Source of the DNA: Dickeya solani IPO 2222
GTDB lineage: Bacteria; Pseudomonadota; Gammaproteobacteria; Enterobacterales; Enterobacteriaceae
DNA: 32,000 nucleotides
Assembly (NCBI RefSeq): GCF_001644705.1
Contig: NZ_CP015137.1
Coordinates: 2,730,001-2,762,000 of the forward strand
Direction: 5' to 3'
Part shown: one piece after another, positions 1 through 8,593 of the stretch
How positions within the stretch are numbered: position 1 is the stretch's first letter
Layout: the number at the start of each line of letters is the position of its first letter
The notes under the pieces: generated by a model
The model's input: the letters and a program-made list of their open reading frames with translations, nothing else
Told to the model about the DNA's origin: nothing
The model's database searches: none
Translations under genes and position numbers: made by a program

Positions 1-302
1 GCGTTGTTTTTTTGGTACTCACCGTGAGCCTGGCCCTTGTGTCATCTGGTGGCGTCCGTTTCGTGGATTATTGGTGAAGCCGGATCTTTTTTCCAGCATG
101 GCGCGGCGGTGCGCGCGTGGTGAACTCTGCATCTGATATTACGCGGAAAGGCTTCATGTTGGCGCTATCATTTTATTGTGCAACTCGCCAAAAATATCCG
201 GATTGTGATCGTTTGTACAAAATAGATTCAATGTAATGGTGCTTTATCGGTATCTTCGTTATTTATGTTAGCGCAAACATTTTACCTGATGAGGGCCATG
301 CT

Positions 303-1502
303 ATGTCGTTAAGCGCAAATTCAGATGCCGTTTCCTATGCCAGCGTTACCGGCGCCAAAACCGCGGCGGAAACCGGTGACCGTATTGAGTGGGTTAAATT
401 GTCGCTGGCGTTGCTGCCGCTGGCTACGCCGGTGAGCGACGCCAAAGTACTGACCGGGCGCCAGAAACCCCTGACCGAAGTGGCGATTATTATTGCGGAA
501 ATTCGCTCCCGTGATGGGTTTGAAGGCGTGGGCTTCAGTTACTCCAAGCGTGCGGGCGGTCAGGGGATTTACGCGCATGCGAAAGAGATTGCCGATAATC
601 TGCTGGGGGAAGACCCGAACGATATCGATAAAATCTACAGCAAACTGCTGTGGGCCGGCGCCTCGGTGGGGCGCAGCGGCATGGCCGTGCAGGCCATCTC
701 TCCTTTCGACATTGCGCTCTGGGATATGAAGGCCAGGCGTGCGGGGTTGCCGCTGGCGAAATTACTGGGTGCGCACCGGGATTCGGTCCAATGCTACAAC
801 ACCTCCGGCGGCTTTTTGCATACCCCGCTGGAGCAGGTGTTGAAGAACGTCGCTTTCTCGCGGGAAAACGGTATTGGCGGCATCAAACTGAAAGTCGGAC
901 AGCCCAACACTGCGGAGGATATTCGCCGTCTGACCGCGGTCCGCGAGGCGCTGGGCGAAGATTTCCCGTTAATGGTGGACGCCAACCAGCAGTGGGACCG
1001 GGAAACCGCGATCCGCATGGGGCGCAAAATGGAAGCCTTTAATCTGATTTGGATCGAAGAGCCGCTGGACGCCTACGATGTGGAAGGTCACGCGCAGCTG
1101 GCTGCCGCTCTCGACACGCCGATTGCCACCGGAGAAATGCTCACCAGTTTCCGGGAGCATGAACAGTTGATTCTGGGCAATGCCAGCGATGTTGTGCAGC
1201 CGGATGCGCCGCGCGTGGGTGGGATTTCACCGTTCCTGAAGATCATGGATTTGGCGGCCAAACACGGCCGCAAACTGGCGCCGCATTTTGCCATGGAGGT
1301 GCATTTGCATCTGGCCGCCGCTTACCCGCTGGAACCCTGGCTGGAGCATTTTGAATGGCTCAACCCACTGTTTAACGAGCAGCTTGAACTGCGCGACGGG
1401 CGCATGTGGGTGTCGGATCGTCATGGTCTGGGCTTTACCCTGAGCGAGCAGGCCCGTAAGTGGACGCAACTGAGCTGTGAATGTAGCAAATACGCCGGGT
1501 AG
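303..1502 (+). CDS. Enolase-superfamily (mandelate racemase subgroup) acid-sugar dehydratase, L-talarate/galactarate dehydratase-like
   Basis: 399-aa ORF with enolase-superfamily hallmarks ('GIKLKVG', 'MVDANQQW', 'IWIEEPL', 'ATGE'). It is near-collinear with the Salmonella L-talarate/galactarate dehydratase sequence as I remember it. GC-rich, core-like composition. Confidence 0.9.
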   Translation: MSLSANSDAVSYASVTGAKTAAETGDRIEWVKLSLALLPLATPVSDAKVLTGRQKPLTEVAIIIAEIRSRDGFEGVGFSYSKRAGGQGIYAHAKEIADNLLGEDPNDIDKIYSKLLWAGASVGRSGMAVQAISPFDIALWDMKARRAGLPLAKLLGAHRDSVQCYNTSGGFLHTPLEQVLKNVAFSRENGIGGIKLKVGQPNTAEDIRRLTAVREALGEDFPLMVDANQQWDRETAIRMGRKMEAFNLIWIEEPLDAYDVEGHAQLAAALDTPIATGEMLTSFREHEQLILGNASDVVQPDAPRVGGISPFLKIMDLAAKHGRKLAPHFAMEVHLHLAAAYPLEPWLEHFEWLNPLFNEQLELRDGRMWVSDRHGLGFTLSEQARKWTQLSCECSKYAG

Positions 1503-1619
1503 CGCCTGGCACCGCTGTTCTTGGCGTGTGCAATGGTTCATGGCGTTTGTAATGGTCAGTGACGTTTGCAGTTGCCGTGACGTTTGATGTGTCGCCCTGG
1601 TCATAGTACAAGCAACCGG

Positions 1620-1646
1620 GGCGGCAGACGAACGGCTGTCTCCGCC
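1620..1646 (+). terminator. Possible terminator hairpin downstream of the dehydratase gene
   Basis: Arms 'ggcgg(c)agac' and 'gtctccgcc' form a 9-bp stem with one bulge and an 8-nt loop. There is no immediate T-tract, so this call is weak. Confidence 0.3.
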
Positions 1647-1931
1647 TGATTGACGAAATTTTATTCTTTATCAGTTAAATTAAAATAATTACCAATCATG
1701 AATATTTAAAATATTAATAATTTTAAAAGGAACTATTCCATATAAAGTATTACCGTAAAAACTTATATTTTGTAAATTAATAATTATTGTGGGAGGTGCT
1801 GATAATTTGTGCAGTTTGCTAAAATTTTTTTTGAGATTCTTCTGATTGTCATTTTAAATTTTTTTTATGTGATATATTATCCGGCACGGAGAGACGTCAA
1901 TAACAAAAACCTAATGGATTATGATTAAAAA

Positions 1932-3338
1932 GTGTCTAGTAATCAGATAAAGATTTCCTATGGGAATGACTTTTTTGTTATTAAATTGGTGGACTTTTTA
2001 TCAATCAATTTGACATTAATAGTCAGCGCCAGGCTATTTTTGATGGGCGCTTTCGATGATGTAATTATGATTAGTCTGCTATTTTCTACCTCTTTTCTAC
2101 TTATTGGAGAATATACCGGGTTATATCATAATGGGCTTAAAAATATGCAGTTGCGCGGGCAAAGAAGACTGTGGTTCTCTGCATTATTGTCTGTCATCTT
2201 TGTGGAAGCAGTCAGGAATTATGCCGGTACGCTGTACTCGCTAGGTCTGTTGCATCAACTCGATAACATCTATTTTTCCGCGACGCTGTATTGGTATATC
2301 CTTTCGCTATGCGGCCTCTATCTCACGCGTTTGATTACGTTTAAATTTACGACTAAAAAACGGATGCGAATTGCTATTGTGGGGTTAACGCCCGGTGGAT
2401 TAGCAGCGGAAAAAGCATTGCTCAAAGAATATGATAACATGCAATTAGAATTGGCTTTCTACGATGATCGCAGTCCATCCCGTTGTGGCTATTTGTTTAA
2501 AAGCCAATTTAAAGGCAAGGTGAGCGAGCTGGTTGAAGAAGCCAAAGCGGGCAGAGTGGATGAGATTTATATTGCACTGCCGATGATTGCGCTAAAACGT
2601 ATTCGTCATTTTATATCGATGATGTCCGATACTACGGTTGATACCTACATCATTCCCGACCTTTATTCCTACAGTTCATACGTATCGCAGTTTCGCTCTA
2701 TCAATAATATTCAGACCATCAGTATTTTCAGATCGCCGTTTGATGGTATTGGCTCCGTTATTAAGCGCGTTGAGGATTTAGCCATTGGCGGCATTATTAC
2801 GCTGATGATTTCACCGTTGCTGCTGCTGATTGCTATTGGTATCAAACTGACGTCGCCTGGGCCGGTATTATTCAAGCAGGATCGTTACGGTCTGAGCGGT
2901 AACAAAATCAAAGTGTGGAAATTCCGCTCGATGCACGTGATGGAGAACGCCGGCGTTGTGACGCAGGCGACTAAAAACGATCCGCGCGTTACGCGTTTCG
3001 GCGCATTTTTACGCCGTACTTCGCTGGATGAACTGCCGCAATTCTTCAATGTCTTGCAAGGGACGATGTCGATTATTGGCCCACGTCCTCATGCCGTCGT
3101 GCATAACGAGCAGTATCGTCAACTGGTCGAAAATTACATGATTCGCCATAAAGTGAAGCCTGGAATTTCAGGCCTGGCGCAGGTTAATGGTTATCGCGGC
3201 GAAGTGGATACCCTCGATAAAATGGAAAAACGGGTTCACTACGATATTGCCTATATTCAGAGCTGGTCTCTTTGGTTGGATATCAAGATTATCTTTAGAA
3301 CCATTTTCAAAGGTTTTATCGGTGAAAATGCGTACTAA
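1932..3338 (+). CDS. Polyprenyl-phosphate hexose-1-phosphate transferase (WbaP/WcaJ-type priming sugar transferase)
   Basis: 468 aa with N-terminal TM segments and a C-terminal bacterial sugar-transferase domain ('PGPVLFKQDRYG', 'KFRSM', 'DELPQFFNVLQGTMSIIGPRPH'). First gene after the AT-rich leader. The GTG start is uncertain. Confidence 0.85.
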   Translation: MSSNQIKISYGNDFFVIKLVDFLSINLTLIVSARLFLMGAFDDVIMISLLFSTSFLLIGEYTGLYHNGLKNMQLRGQRRLWFSALLSVIFVEAVRNYAGTLYSLGLLHQLDNIYFSATLYWYILSLCGLYLTRLITFKFTTKKRMRIAIVGLTPGGLAAEKALLKEYDNMQLELAFYDDRSPSRCGYLFKSQFKGKVSELVEEAKAGRVDEIYIALPMIALKRIRHFISMMSDTTVDTYIIPDLYSYSSYVSQFRSINNIQTISIFRSPFDGIGSVIKRVEDLAIGGIITLMISPLLLLIAIGIKLTSPGPVLFKQDRYGLSGNKIKVWKFRSMHVMENAGVVTQATKNDPRVTRFGAFLRRTSLDELPQFFNVLQGTMSIIGPRPHAVVHNEQYRQLVENYMIRHKVKPGISGLAQVNGYRGEVDTLDKMEKRVHYDIAYIQSWSLWLDIKIIFRTIFKGFIGENAY

Positions 3339-4614
3339 ATGGATCATCGTAGCTGGAATGATAATGCCCCATCCCTCCTTGGCTGACCTGATACCGAAAT
3401 CGCATATCGGCATTGCCGGTATTGATTTTCAAAGCCAGGTTGGTCTGGATTATGGGCATGAGAATAACGTGACCTATCAGGTTGATGATCACGACGCGGT
3501 GAGTTCTGATTTTCAGAGCGTCAGGCCAACGATTAAAGCTATTGGCGCGCGTTATCAGGACCAATATCTGTTGATGTATTCCGGTGATTACCGTCGTTAC
3601 GATAGCGATCCGGCGGATAATTATGCCGATCATTTCTTCCGCTTTAATAGCGCATGGCGCTACGGGCTGAGGCATGGGCTAACGCTCAGTCTTGAGGAGA
3701 CGCTTGGGCACGAGGTGCGTGGGCGTGGTATTACCGAAGGCTTTCGACCACAACAGTTCAGCGATTTCGGTATCAATTCGCCGCTGAGTACCACGCTTTT
3801 TAACAGCGAATTACGTTACAGCTATGGCGCACTGAAAGGGCGCGGTAAAGCCGACGTCGCTCTGTTGTTTAGAAAACTGCGTTTAGGCCGCACAGAGGAT
3901 ATTAAAAATACCGATATTGATTTTTATAACTATGTTCTTGGGCAGGAATGGCACGAGAACGGTTTGATCGCAGAATTATCTGACCAATACTCGCCGGCAA
4001 CGCGCTTTCGCTACCGCTTTATGAGTAATCAGCGACGTTATGAAATCGATTCGCAAAAAGACAATGATGAGTATTATCTGGAATACGGCATTAAGTCGCA
4101 GCTTACGGACAAAACCCGTGTCGATGCCAATGTGGCCTGGCTATACAAGACATTCGATAATAACCCAAACTCCAGGGATTTTAACGGGGTAAACTGGGAT
4201 ATTCAGGCTGAGTGGAAACCGCTTAAACAATCCGTTTTTACTGTACATACGTCACAGCATATCAAAGACCCGTCAGAAATCGGCGGCTATATCATGGTTT
4301 CTAAATACGGTATCTCCTATCAGCATTTTTGGCTAGTCGATCGTTTCTCCACCACGTTTGACTATTCATACCTGACGGATGGTTACAAGAATTACTCGAA
4401 TGATCGTAAAGACAGAAATAGGGTGTTCACATTCGCCATGAGCTATAACTTCAGGCCCTCTATTAACGTTGAATTAAAGTATCAACTGAACACGCTACGT
4501 TCCAATCAAGATAGCGATTCTTTCTTCATTGGCCCTGACGGCAATCGCCAGGTCGTCAGAATGCTGGGCCACGATAATTCCCTGATTATGTTTACAGCTA
4601 AGGTACAGATCTAA
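3328..4614 (+). CDS. Putative outer-membrane beta-barrel protein of the polysaccharide export apparatus
   Basis: I place the start at ATG 3328 ('MRTKWIIVAGMIMPHPSLA', signal-like), overlapping the upstream stop by 11 nt, rather than the ORF-track start 3187. The protein is rich in alternating aromatic/polar beta-strand patterns with a C-terminal strand 'LIMFTAKVQI'. Its stop lies 1 nt from the next start. Confidence 0.6.
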   Translation: MRTKWIIVAGMIMPHPSLADLIPKSHIGIAGIDFQSQVGLDYGHENNVTYQVDDHDAVSSDFQSVRPTIKAIGARYQDQYLLMYSGDYRRYDSDPADNYADHFFRFNSAWRYGLRHGLTLSLEETLGHEVRGRGITEGFRPQQFSDFGINSPLSTTLFNSELRYSYGALKGRGKADVALLFRKLRLGRTEDIKNTDIDFYNYVLGQEWHENGLIAELSDQYSPATRFRYRFMSNQRRYEIDSQKDNDEYYLEYGIKSQLTDKTRVDANVAWLYKTFDNNPNSRDFNGVNWDIQAEWKPLKQSVFTVHTSQHIKDPSEIGGYIMVSKYGISYQHFWLVDRFSTTFDYSYLTDGYKNYSNDRKDRNRVFTFAMSYNFRPSINVELKYQLNTLRSNQDSDSFFIGPDGNRQVVRMLGHDNSLIMFTAKVQI

Positions 4615-4615
4615 C

Positions 4616-5173
4616 GTGAAAATAATAAAACTGTGCATTCTTCTGTGCCTTAGCGCTTGGTTGGCGGGATGCACTCTGTCTGGCCCGCGGCAAGTGGACA
4701 AACCTGACAACGAAACAACCGGGTATCAGTTAGATGAAGGCGATTCTGTAAATATTCTGGTATACGGCGAGCCGGAGATGGCGATGACATTCATGTTGGA
4801 TAAAAGCGGCGCGATTACCTTCCCTTATATTGGTCAACTGGTGTTGAAAGGGAAAACGCCAGGGCAGGTGGGCGAGGAGTTAGCCAATCGTCTGCGCGGC
4901 GACTATCTGCAAAACCCGATGGTGACGGTCAGCATCGCCGAGTTCCGGAAGTTCTATATCACCGGTGAGGTTGCGAAGCCGAACGGGTATGCCTACGAGC
5001 CGGGCTTAACCGTTGAAAAAGCGCTGGCGCTGGCCGGTGGATTTACCGATCGCGCAGACCGCAAGGATGTCAGTATTCGGCTGTCGAATAGCAATCAACG
5101 GGTTGAGGATGTCGATGTAAGACGCGCGGTTCATCCTGGCGACACCGTGATTGTCGGTATGAGTTTTTTCTGA
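4616..5173 (+). CDS. Short outer-membrane polysaccharide export (OPX, Wza-family) lipoprotein
   Basis: 185 aa with lipobox 'LSAWLAGC', a Poly_export-like motif region ('VNILVYGEPEM...FPYIGQLVLKGKT') and one SLBB-like segment. It is about half the length of E. coli Wza as I recall it, so the C-terminal OM-spanning helix region is absent. Confidence 0.8.
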   Translation: MKIIKLCILLCLSAWLAGCTLSGPRQVDKPDNETTGYQLDEGDSVNILVYGEPEMAMTFMLDKSGAITFPYIGQLVLKGKTPGQVGEELANRLRGDYLQNPMVTVSIAEFRKFYITGEVAKPNGYAYEPGLTVEKALALAGGFTDRADRKDVSIRLSNSNQRVEDVDVRRAVHPGDTVIVGMSFF

Positions 5174-5175
5174 CC

Positions 5176-7368
5176 ATGAGTCTATCTATCGTGGAAAATG
5201 GCAGAAAACTGGAAAGCACCATCGATTTCTCCAGATTTGCCCAAGAGATCAAACAGAACGGCTGGAAGATCATCCTGGCTGGACTGATTGCGGCGGTGGT
5301 GGCTTATCCGCTGATTAGCATGATCACGCCCAAATATGTGTCGACCGCAACGGTGCTGCTTAAAGCGCAACAGGATAACGTTTCGCCTTTGCCGCAGGTC
5401 GATGGCTATGATTCCACCCGCAGCGGCTATTACGAAACCCAGTATGCGTTGATGCAGTCACGTATTGTGCTGGAACAGGCCGTGCGGGACATCAAACTGG
5501 ACCAAAACCCAGCGTTTAACGGCGATGCGGACAAAAACGCGGATGACCACGCCAATCAACAACGTGATCAACAACAACGTGATCAACAACAGCACGATGA
5601 TCAACAACAACACGATGATCAACAGCGGGTCGATCGCGCGCTGGATGCGATAGTGAAAAATCTCACTATCACCGGCGTTCGCACCACGCATCTCGCCACT
5701 ATCTCATACGAATCGGCGTCGCCTGAGCTGGCGGCCGACATCGCTAACGGCGTGGCGCAGACGTTTATTGACTATACGACCAGGCAAAAGCACCTCAAAA
5801 CGCTGAAAGCCAAAGCGTTGAACCAAAAACAGATGGAAGAGGTGTGGCAGCAAATCGTCGAGCAACAGGCCGCTATCGACCAATTTTTGAAGAAAGAAGG
5901 GTTGCTCACTTTCCGTGGCGTGGATGGTTTTGAAACGGAACAGTTGGGGATCGTCACCACCAAGTTAGCGGATGCGACCCAGCGTCGCATCAGGGCGGAA
6001 ACAAACTACAACAGCGTGCGTTTGAATGCAGGTACGTCGCTGGAAAACATTATTTCTCTGCCTGATATTTCTAATCATGCCCAAATTCAGGATTTGCGCA
6101 TCGCGCTGATTCAGGCGCGGCGTTCTTTATACGATTTACGTAAACGCTACGGACTGAAACATACCAAAATTTTAGAAGCCGAAGCCCAGGTTCAGGCGAT
6201 TGAGGAGCAGACCCACACTGTGCTACTCGAACTGGAGGCGGGGCTGAATAAGCAGTATCAGGCGGCGTTGAGGGATGAAAAATATTATCAGCAGCTGTTG
6301 AATCAACAGAAAGCGGATTTCCAAACGCTGGCGTCTAAACGTGACGAATACAACAACCTGACCACGGCGCTGGATAAAACAAAAGAACTGTATAAGGCGC
6401 TCTACCAACGCACGAAAGAGCAGACGCTCGCGGGTAATTATTTAGAGCCGGATGCAATACTTTACGACCCCGCCGTGCCGGCCGACCATCCGTCGAAACC
6501 CAATAAAGCGATGCTGCTGGTGATGGTTGTCATGCTAACCCTGGTTTTCTCCGTGGTTTACTTCATCGTGAAAGCCGCGCTGGATAATTCAATCAACAGC
6601 ATCAGCCAGATGAAAAAGCGCCTCAATGTGGCGCCTGTGGGTGAAATTCGCACCTTTGCCAATGGAACGAGGCGCTCGCAGGTTGTGCGTTTGATAACCG
6701 AAGCGCCGCTGGACGTCGATATTGTCCACAGCATGCGAACCCACATTTTGCTATCGCATCCATCCTGCCAAACCATTGCCATCAGCTCGACGGAGCATGG
6801 CGAAGGACGATCGTTGCTGGCGCATTTGCTGGCGACGTCCTTCAGCGTTGACCAAAAAACCCTGCTTATCGACCTGGATTTCTTTAATGACGGCGGGTTG
6901 ACGCAAGATTTGGCGCCGCCTTCCGCTATTGGCATGGCGGAGCTACTGCAGGGGCAATCACCGCTGGATGCCGCATTGGTGACAATCAGTGAAAATTTAA
7001 GCTTTCTGCCGCGTGGTCATGCCTCGATGTCTTCTTTACTGATGCTGTCGTCTGAACATTTTGTGACATTGATGGCTGAGCTGAGAACGCGTTATCAGCG
7101 AATTATCGTTGACGTGGCCGCAGTGAATCAAACTCAGGATAGTCAACTCATTAGCCGGGTGATAGACGGGGTGGTTTTTGTGTTGAAAGCCGGTGCGTGG
7201 CGTGCGGGCGATGTGCTTAATGCCATTGAGAAAGTTAAACACCACCGCGCGGTGCTGATTGGCGCGGTAATGAATCGGGTTGCGGATAAAAACCTCGAAA
7301 CCAAAGAGGGAATACGTTCCCTGAACCATCACATGAATGCGCTAATCAACAGTACGGGTCACCTGTGA
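5176..7368 (+). CDS. Polysaccharide co-polymerase (PCP-2/Wzc-like) with degenerate C-terminal kinase-like domain
   Basis: 730 aa. It has an N-terminal TM segment, a Wzz-like region, a long coiled-coil periplasmic domain, the Pro-rich motif 'DPAVPADHPSKPNK' before TM2, and a C-terminal P-loop-like domain. That domain reads 'STEHGEGRS' (Arg where the Walker A Lys is expected), 'LLIDLDFF' and 'IIVDVAAV'. There is no C-terminal Tyr cluster. Confidence 0.8.
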   Translation: MSLSIVENGRKLESTIDFSRFAQEIKQNGWKIILAGLIAAVVAYPLISMITPKYVSTATVLLKAQQDNVSPLPQVDGYDSTRSGYYETQYALMQSRIVLEQAVRDIKLDQNPAFNGDADKNADDHANQQRDQQQRDQQQHDDQQQHDDQQRVDRALDAIVKNLTITGVRTTHLATISYESASPELAADIANGVAQTFIDYTTRQKHLKTLKAKALNQKQMEEVWQQIVEQQAAIDQFLKKEGLLTFRGVDGFETEQLGIVTTKLADATQRRIRAETNYNSVRLNAGTSLENIISLPDISNHAQIQDLRIALIQARRSLYDLRKRYGLKHTKILEAEAQVQAIEEQTHTVLLELEAGLNKQYQAALRDEKYYQQLLNQQKADFQTLASKRDEYNNLTTALDKTKELYKALYQRTKEQTLAGNYLEPDAILYDPAVPADHPSKPNKAMLLVMVVMLTLVFSVVYFIVKAALDNSINSISQMKKRLNVAPVGEIRTFANGTRRSQVVRLITEAPLDVDIVHSMRTHILLSHPSCQTIAISSTEHGEGRSLLAHLLATSFSVDQKTLLIDLDFFNDGGLTQDLAPPSAIGMAELLQGQSPLDAALVTISENLSFLPRGHASMSSLLMLSSEHFVTLMAELRTRYQRIIVDVAAVNQTQDSQLISRVIDGVVFVLKAGAWRAGDVLNAIEKVKHHRAVLIGAVMNRVADKNLETKEGIRSLNHHMNALINSTGHL
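5524..5628 (+). repeat. Imperfect tandem repeats encoding a Q/D/H/R low-complexity insert
   Basis: The DNA reads 'caacaacgtgatcaacaacaacgtgatcaacaacagcacgatgatcaacaacaacacgatgatcaacag'. It encodes 'ANQQRDQQQRDQQQHDDQQQHDDQQ' inside the periplasmic domain of the Wzc-like protein. Confidence 0.85.
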
Positions 7369-7381
7369 GTTTACTAACAAG

Positions 7382-8593
7382 ATGAGTTTACTAAAAAGCG
7401 TTTCTACCATTGCCGGTTCGTCGGTGGTTTCACAACTGATTGGCGCGCTGTCTATCTGGCTGATTTCGCATAAATACGACATGGCCGAGGTGGGAATCTA
7501 CGCGCTGAGTTACAGCATCGTGTTGGTGGGGGCGCAAGTCTGTACCTTTGCATCGCAGTTGCTGATTCCAAAACAGCAGGACAGTGAACTGGCGCAAAGC
7601 GTGGTGTTCAGCACACTGCAAAGTTTGCTGACCGCGGTGCCTTACGCGATGCTGACCGCGTGGCTGTTCCAGCGGAATGTGTTCTTTCTCTACCTGCTTA
7701 CGCTTTCCTATGCGCTGGTGCTGATCTCGGAGAATTTGTCGCTGCGTGAGGGTAACTATCGTTTTCTGGCCTTTCAGCGACTCGCCGTCTCGGTGGTGGT
7801 CGTGCTTTCGCTGGTGTTCACTGCAGATACCACCGCGTTTTATTGGTCCTGGACCTGCGGCATGATGGTGCTGATTAGCGGCTGTATTTTGTACTCGTTT
7901 AATATTCACACCATTACGTTCAGACATTTTAGTCCGCAACGTAATGCGGCTTTCTTTCATCAGCATGTTCACCACCTCACCCGAGTTGGCAGCGCTGAAG
8001 TGCTGGCGATGGTCAATAGTAATTTGCCGGTTATGCTGATTAACTTTTGGTTTTCCGCGTTGACGGCGGGTTATTTCTCGGTGGTGAGCCGTTTTTGTCT
8101 GGCTCCGGTGGTGATCATCGGTAATGCAGTACGTAACTCTATCTTTTCAACCTGGTCAGCCGATTTCAGAAATAAACGCTTCAACTACGAAGAATTCAAA
8201 AAAGTTCGCCTGGTATTATTGATGTCAGGGGTTATCTGCACGCTGGGGGTGTTTATTTTCTATCCGTTGGTGATGCATCTGTTTTTTAGCGAAGAGTGGA
8301 TTAACTCCATCCCAACTTCTCGCTATATGCTACCTTATTTATTTCCTGCGCTGGCGGTGTGTCCGCTGACGGTGATTGAGCTAATATTTGGCTCTCATCG
8401 CTATTTTCTGCGTATTCAGTTAGAACAGTTGGCGATTGTATTCATCGCTTTTGTGATTTTGCCTTATTTTTATAATCACTATGCCACATCGATGATTCTG
8501 TTTTCCGTGCTGACGTTTGTACGTTACGCATTTATTTATCTCAAAGTAAACAAGCGCGCTAATTGGCTAAGAAACATGATGATGGAATCATGA
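7382..8593 (+). CDS. Wzx-like polysaccharide flippase (MOP/polysaccharide biosynthesis protein family)
   Basis: 403 aa and polytopic, with about 10-12 hydrophobic segments. It sits between the co-polymerase and polymerase genes. Confidence 0.7.
   Translation: MSLLKSVSTIAGSSVVSQLIGALSIWLISHKYDMAEVGIYALSYSIVLVGAQVCTFASQLLIPKQQDSELAQSVVFSTLQSLLTAVPYAMLTAWLFQRNVFFLYLLTLSYALVLISENLSLREGNYRFLAFQRLAVSVVVVLSLVFTADTTAFYWSWTCGMMVLISGCILYSFNIHTITFRHFSPQRNAAFFHQHVHHLTRVGSAEVLAMVNSNLPVMLINFWFSALTAGYFSVVSRFCLAPVVIIGNAVRNSIFSTWSADFRNKRFNYEEFKKVRLVLLMSGVICTLGVFIFYPLVMHLFFSEEWINSIPTSRYMLPYLFPALAVCPLTVIELIFGSHRYFLRIQLEQLAIVFIAFVILPYFYNHYATSMILFSVLTFVRYAFIYLKVNKRANWLRNMMMES

Noticed and set aside
321-1604. Several 60-130-aa ORFs overlapping or antisense to the dehydratase gene (321-578, 493-729, 650-1042, 794-1027, 969-1160, 1088-1294, 1227-1604).
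   Set aside because: They lie inside a well-supported 399-aa CDS in GC-rich DNA and their translations are Arg/Gly/Ala-rich with no motifs. These are typical shadow ORFs.
1620-1627. Near-match to the RfaH ops element (GGCGGTAG) upstream of the polysaccharide operon: 'ggcggcag'.
   Set aside because: The T of GGCGGTAG is replaced by C, at a position I recall as important for RfaH recognition. The match also forms part of a hairpin arm ~300 bp from the first gene. It is not good enough to call.
3187-3327. ORF-track start 3187 for the beta-barrel protein, plus the antisense ORFs 3168-3413 and 3316-3675.
   Set aside because: The 5' extension lies entirely within the upstream transferase gene in another frame. 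ATG 3328 gives a signal-peptide-like N-terminus. The antisense ORFs have no support.
5458-5691. ORFs on both strands across the Q/D/H repeat (5458-5691 minus, 5465-5653 plus).
   Set aside because: They are artefacts of low-complexity repeat DNA inside the Wzc-like CDS.
7366-7394. 12-bp direct repeat 'tgagtttactaa' spanning the Wzc-like stop and the flippase start, with the copies separated by 5 nt.
   Set aside because: It is real in the sequence but short, and most simply a small junction duplication. I can argue no function for it.
7430-7975. 181-aa antisense ORF within the flippase gene, and similar antisense or alternate-frame ORFs across the EPS genes (for example 6558-6935, 7036-7332, 10097-10411, 14354-14698).
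   Set aside because: They overlap better-supported same-operon CDSs and have compositionally biased translations with no motifs.
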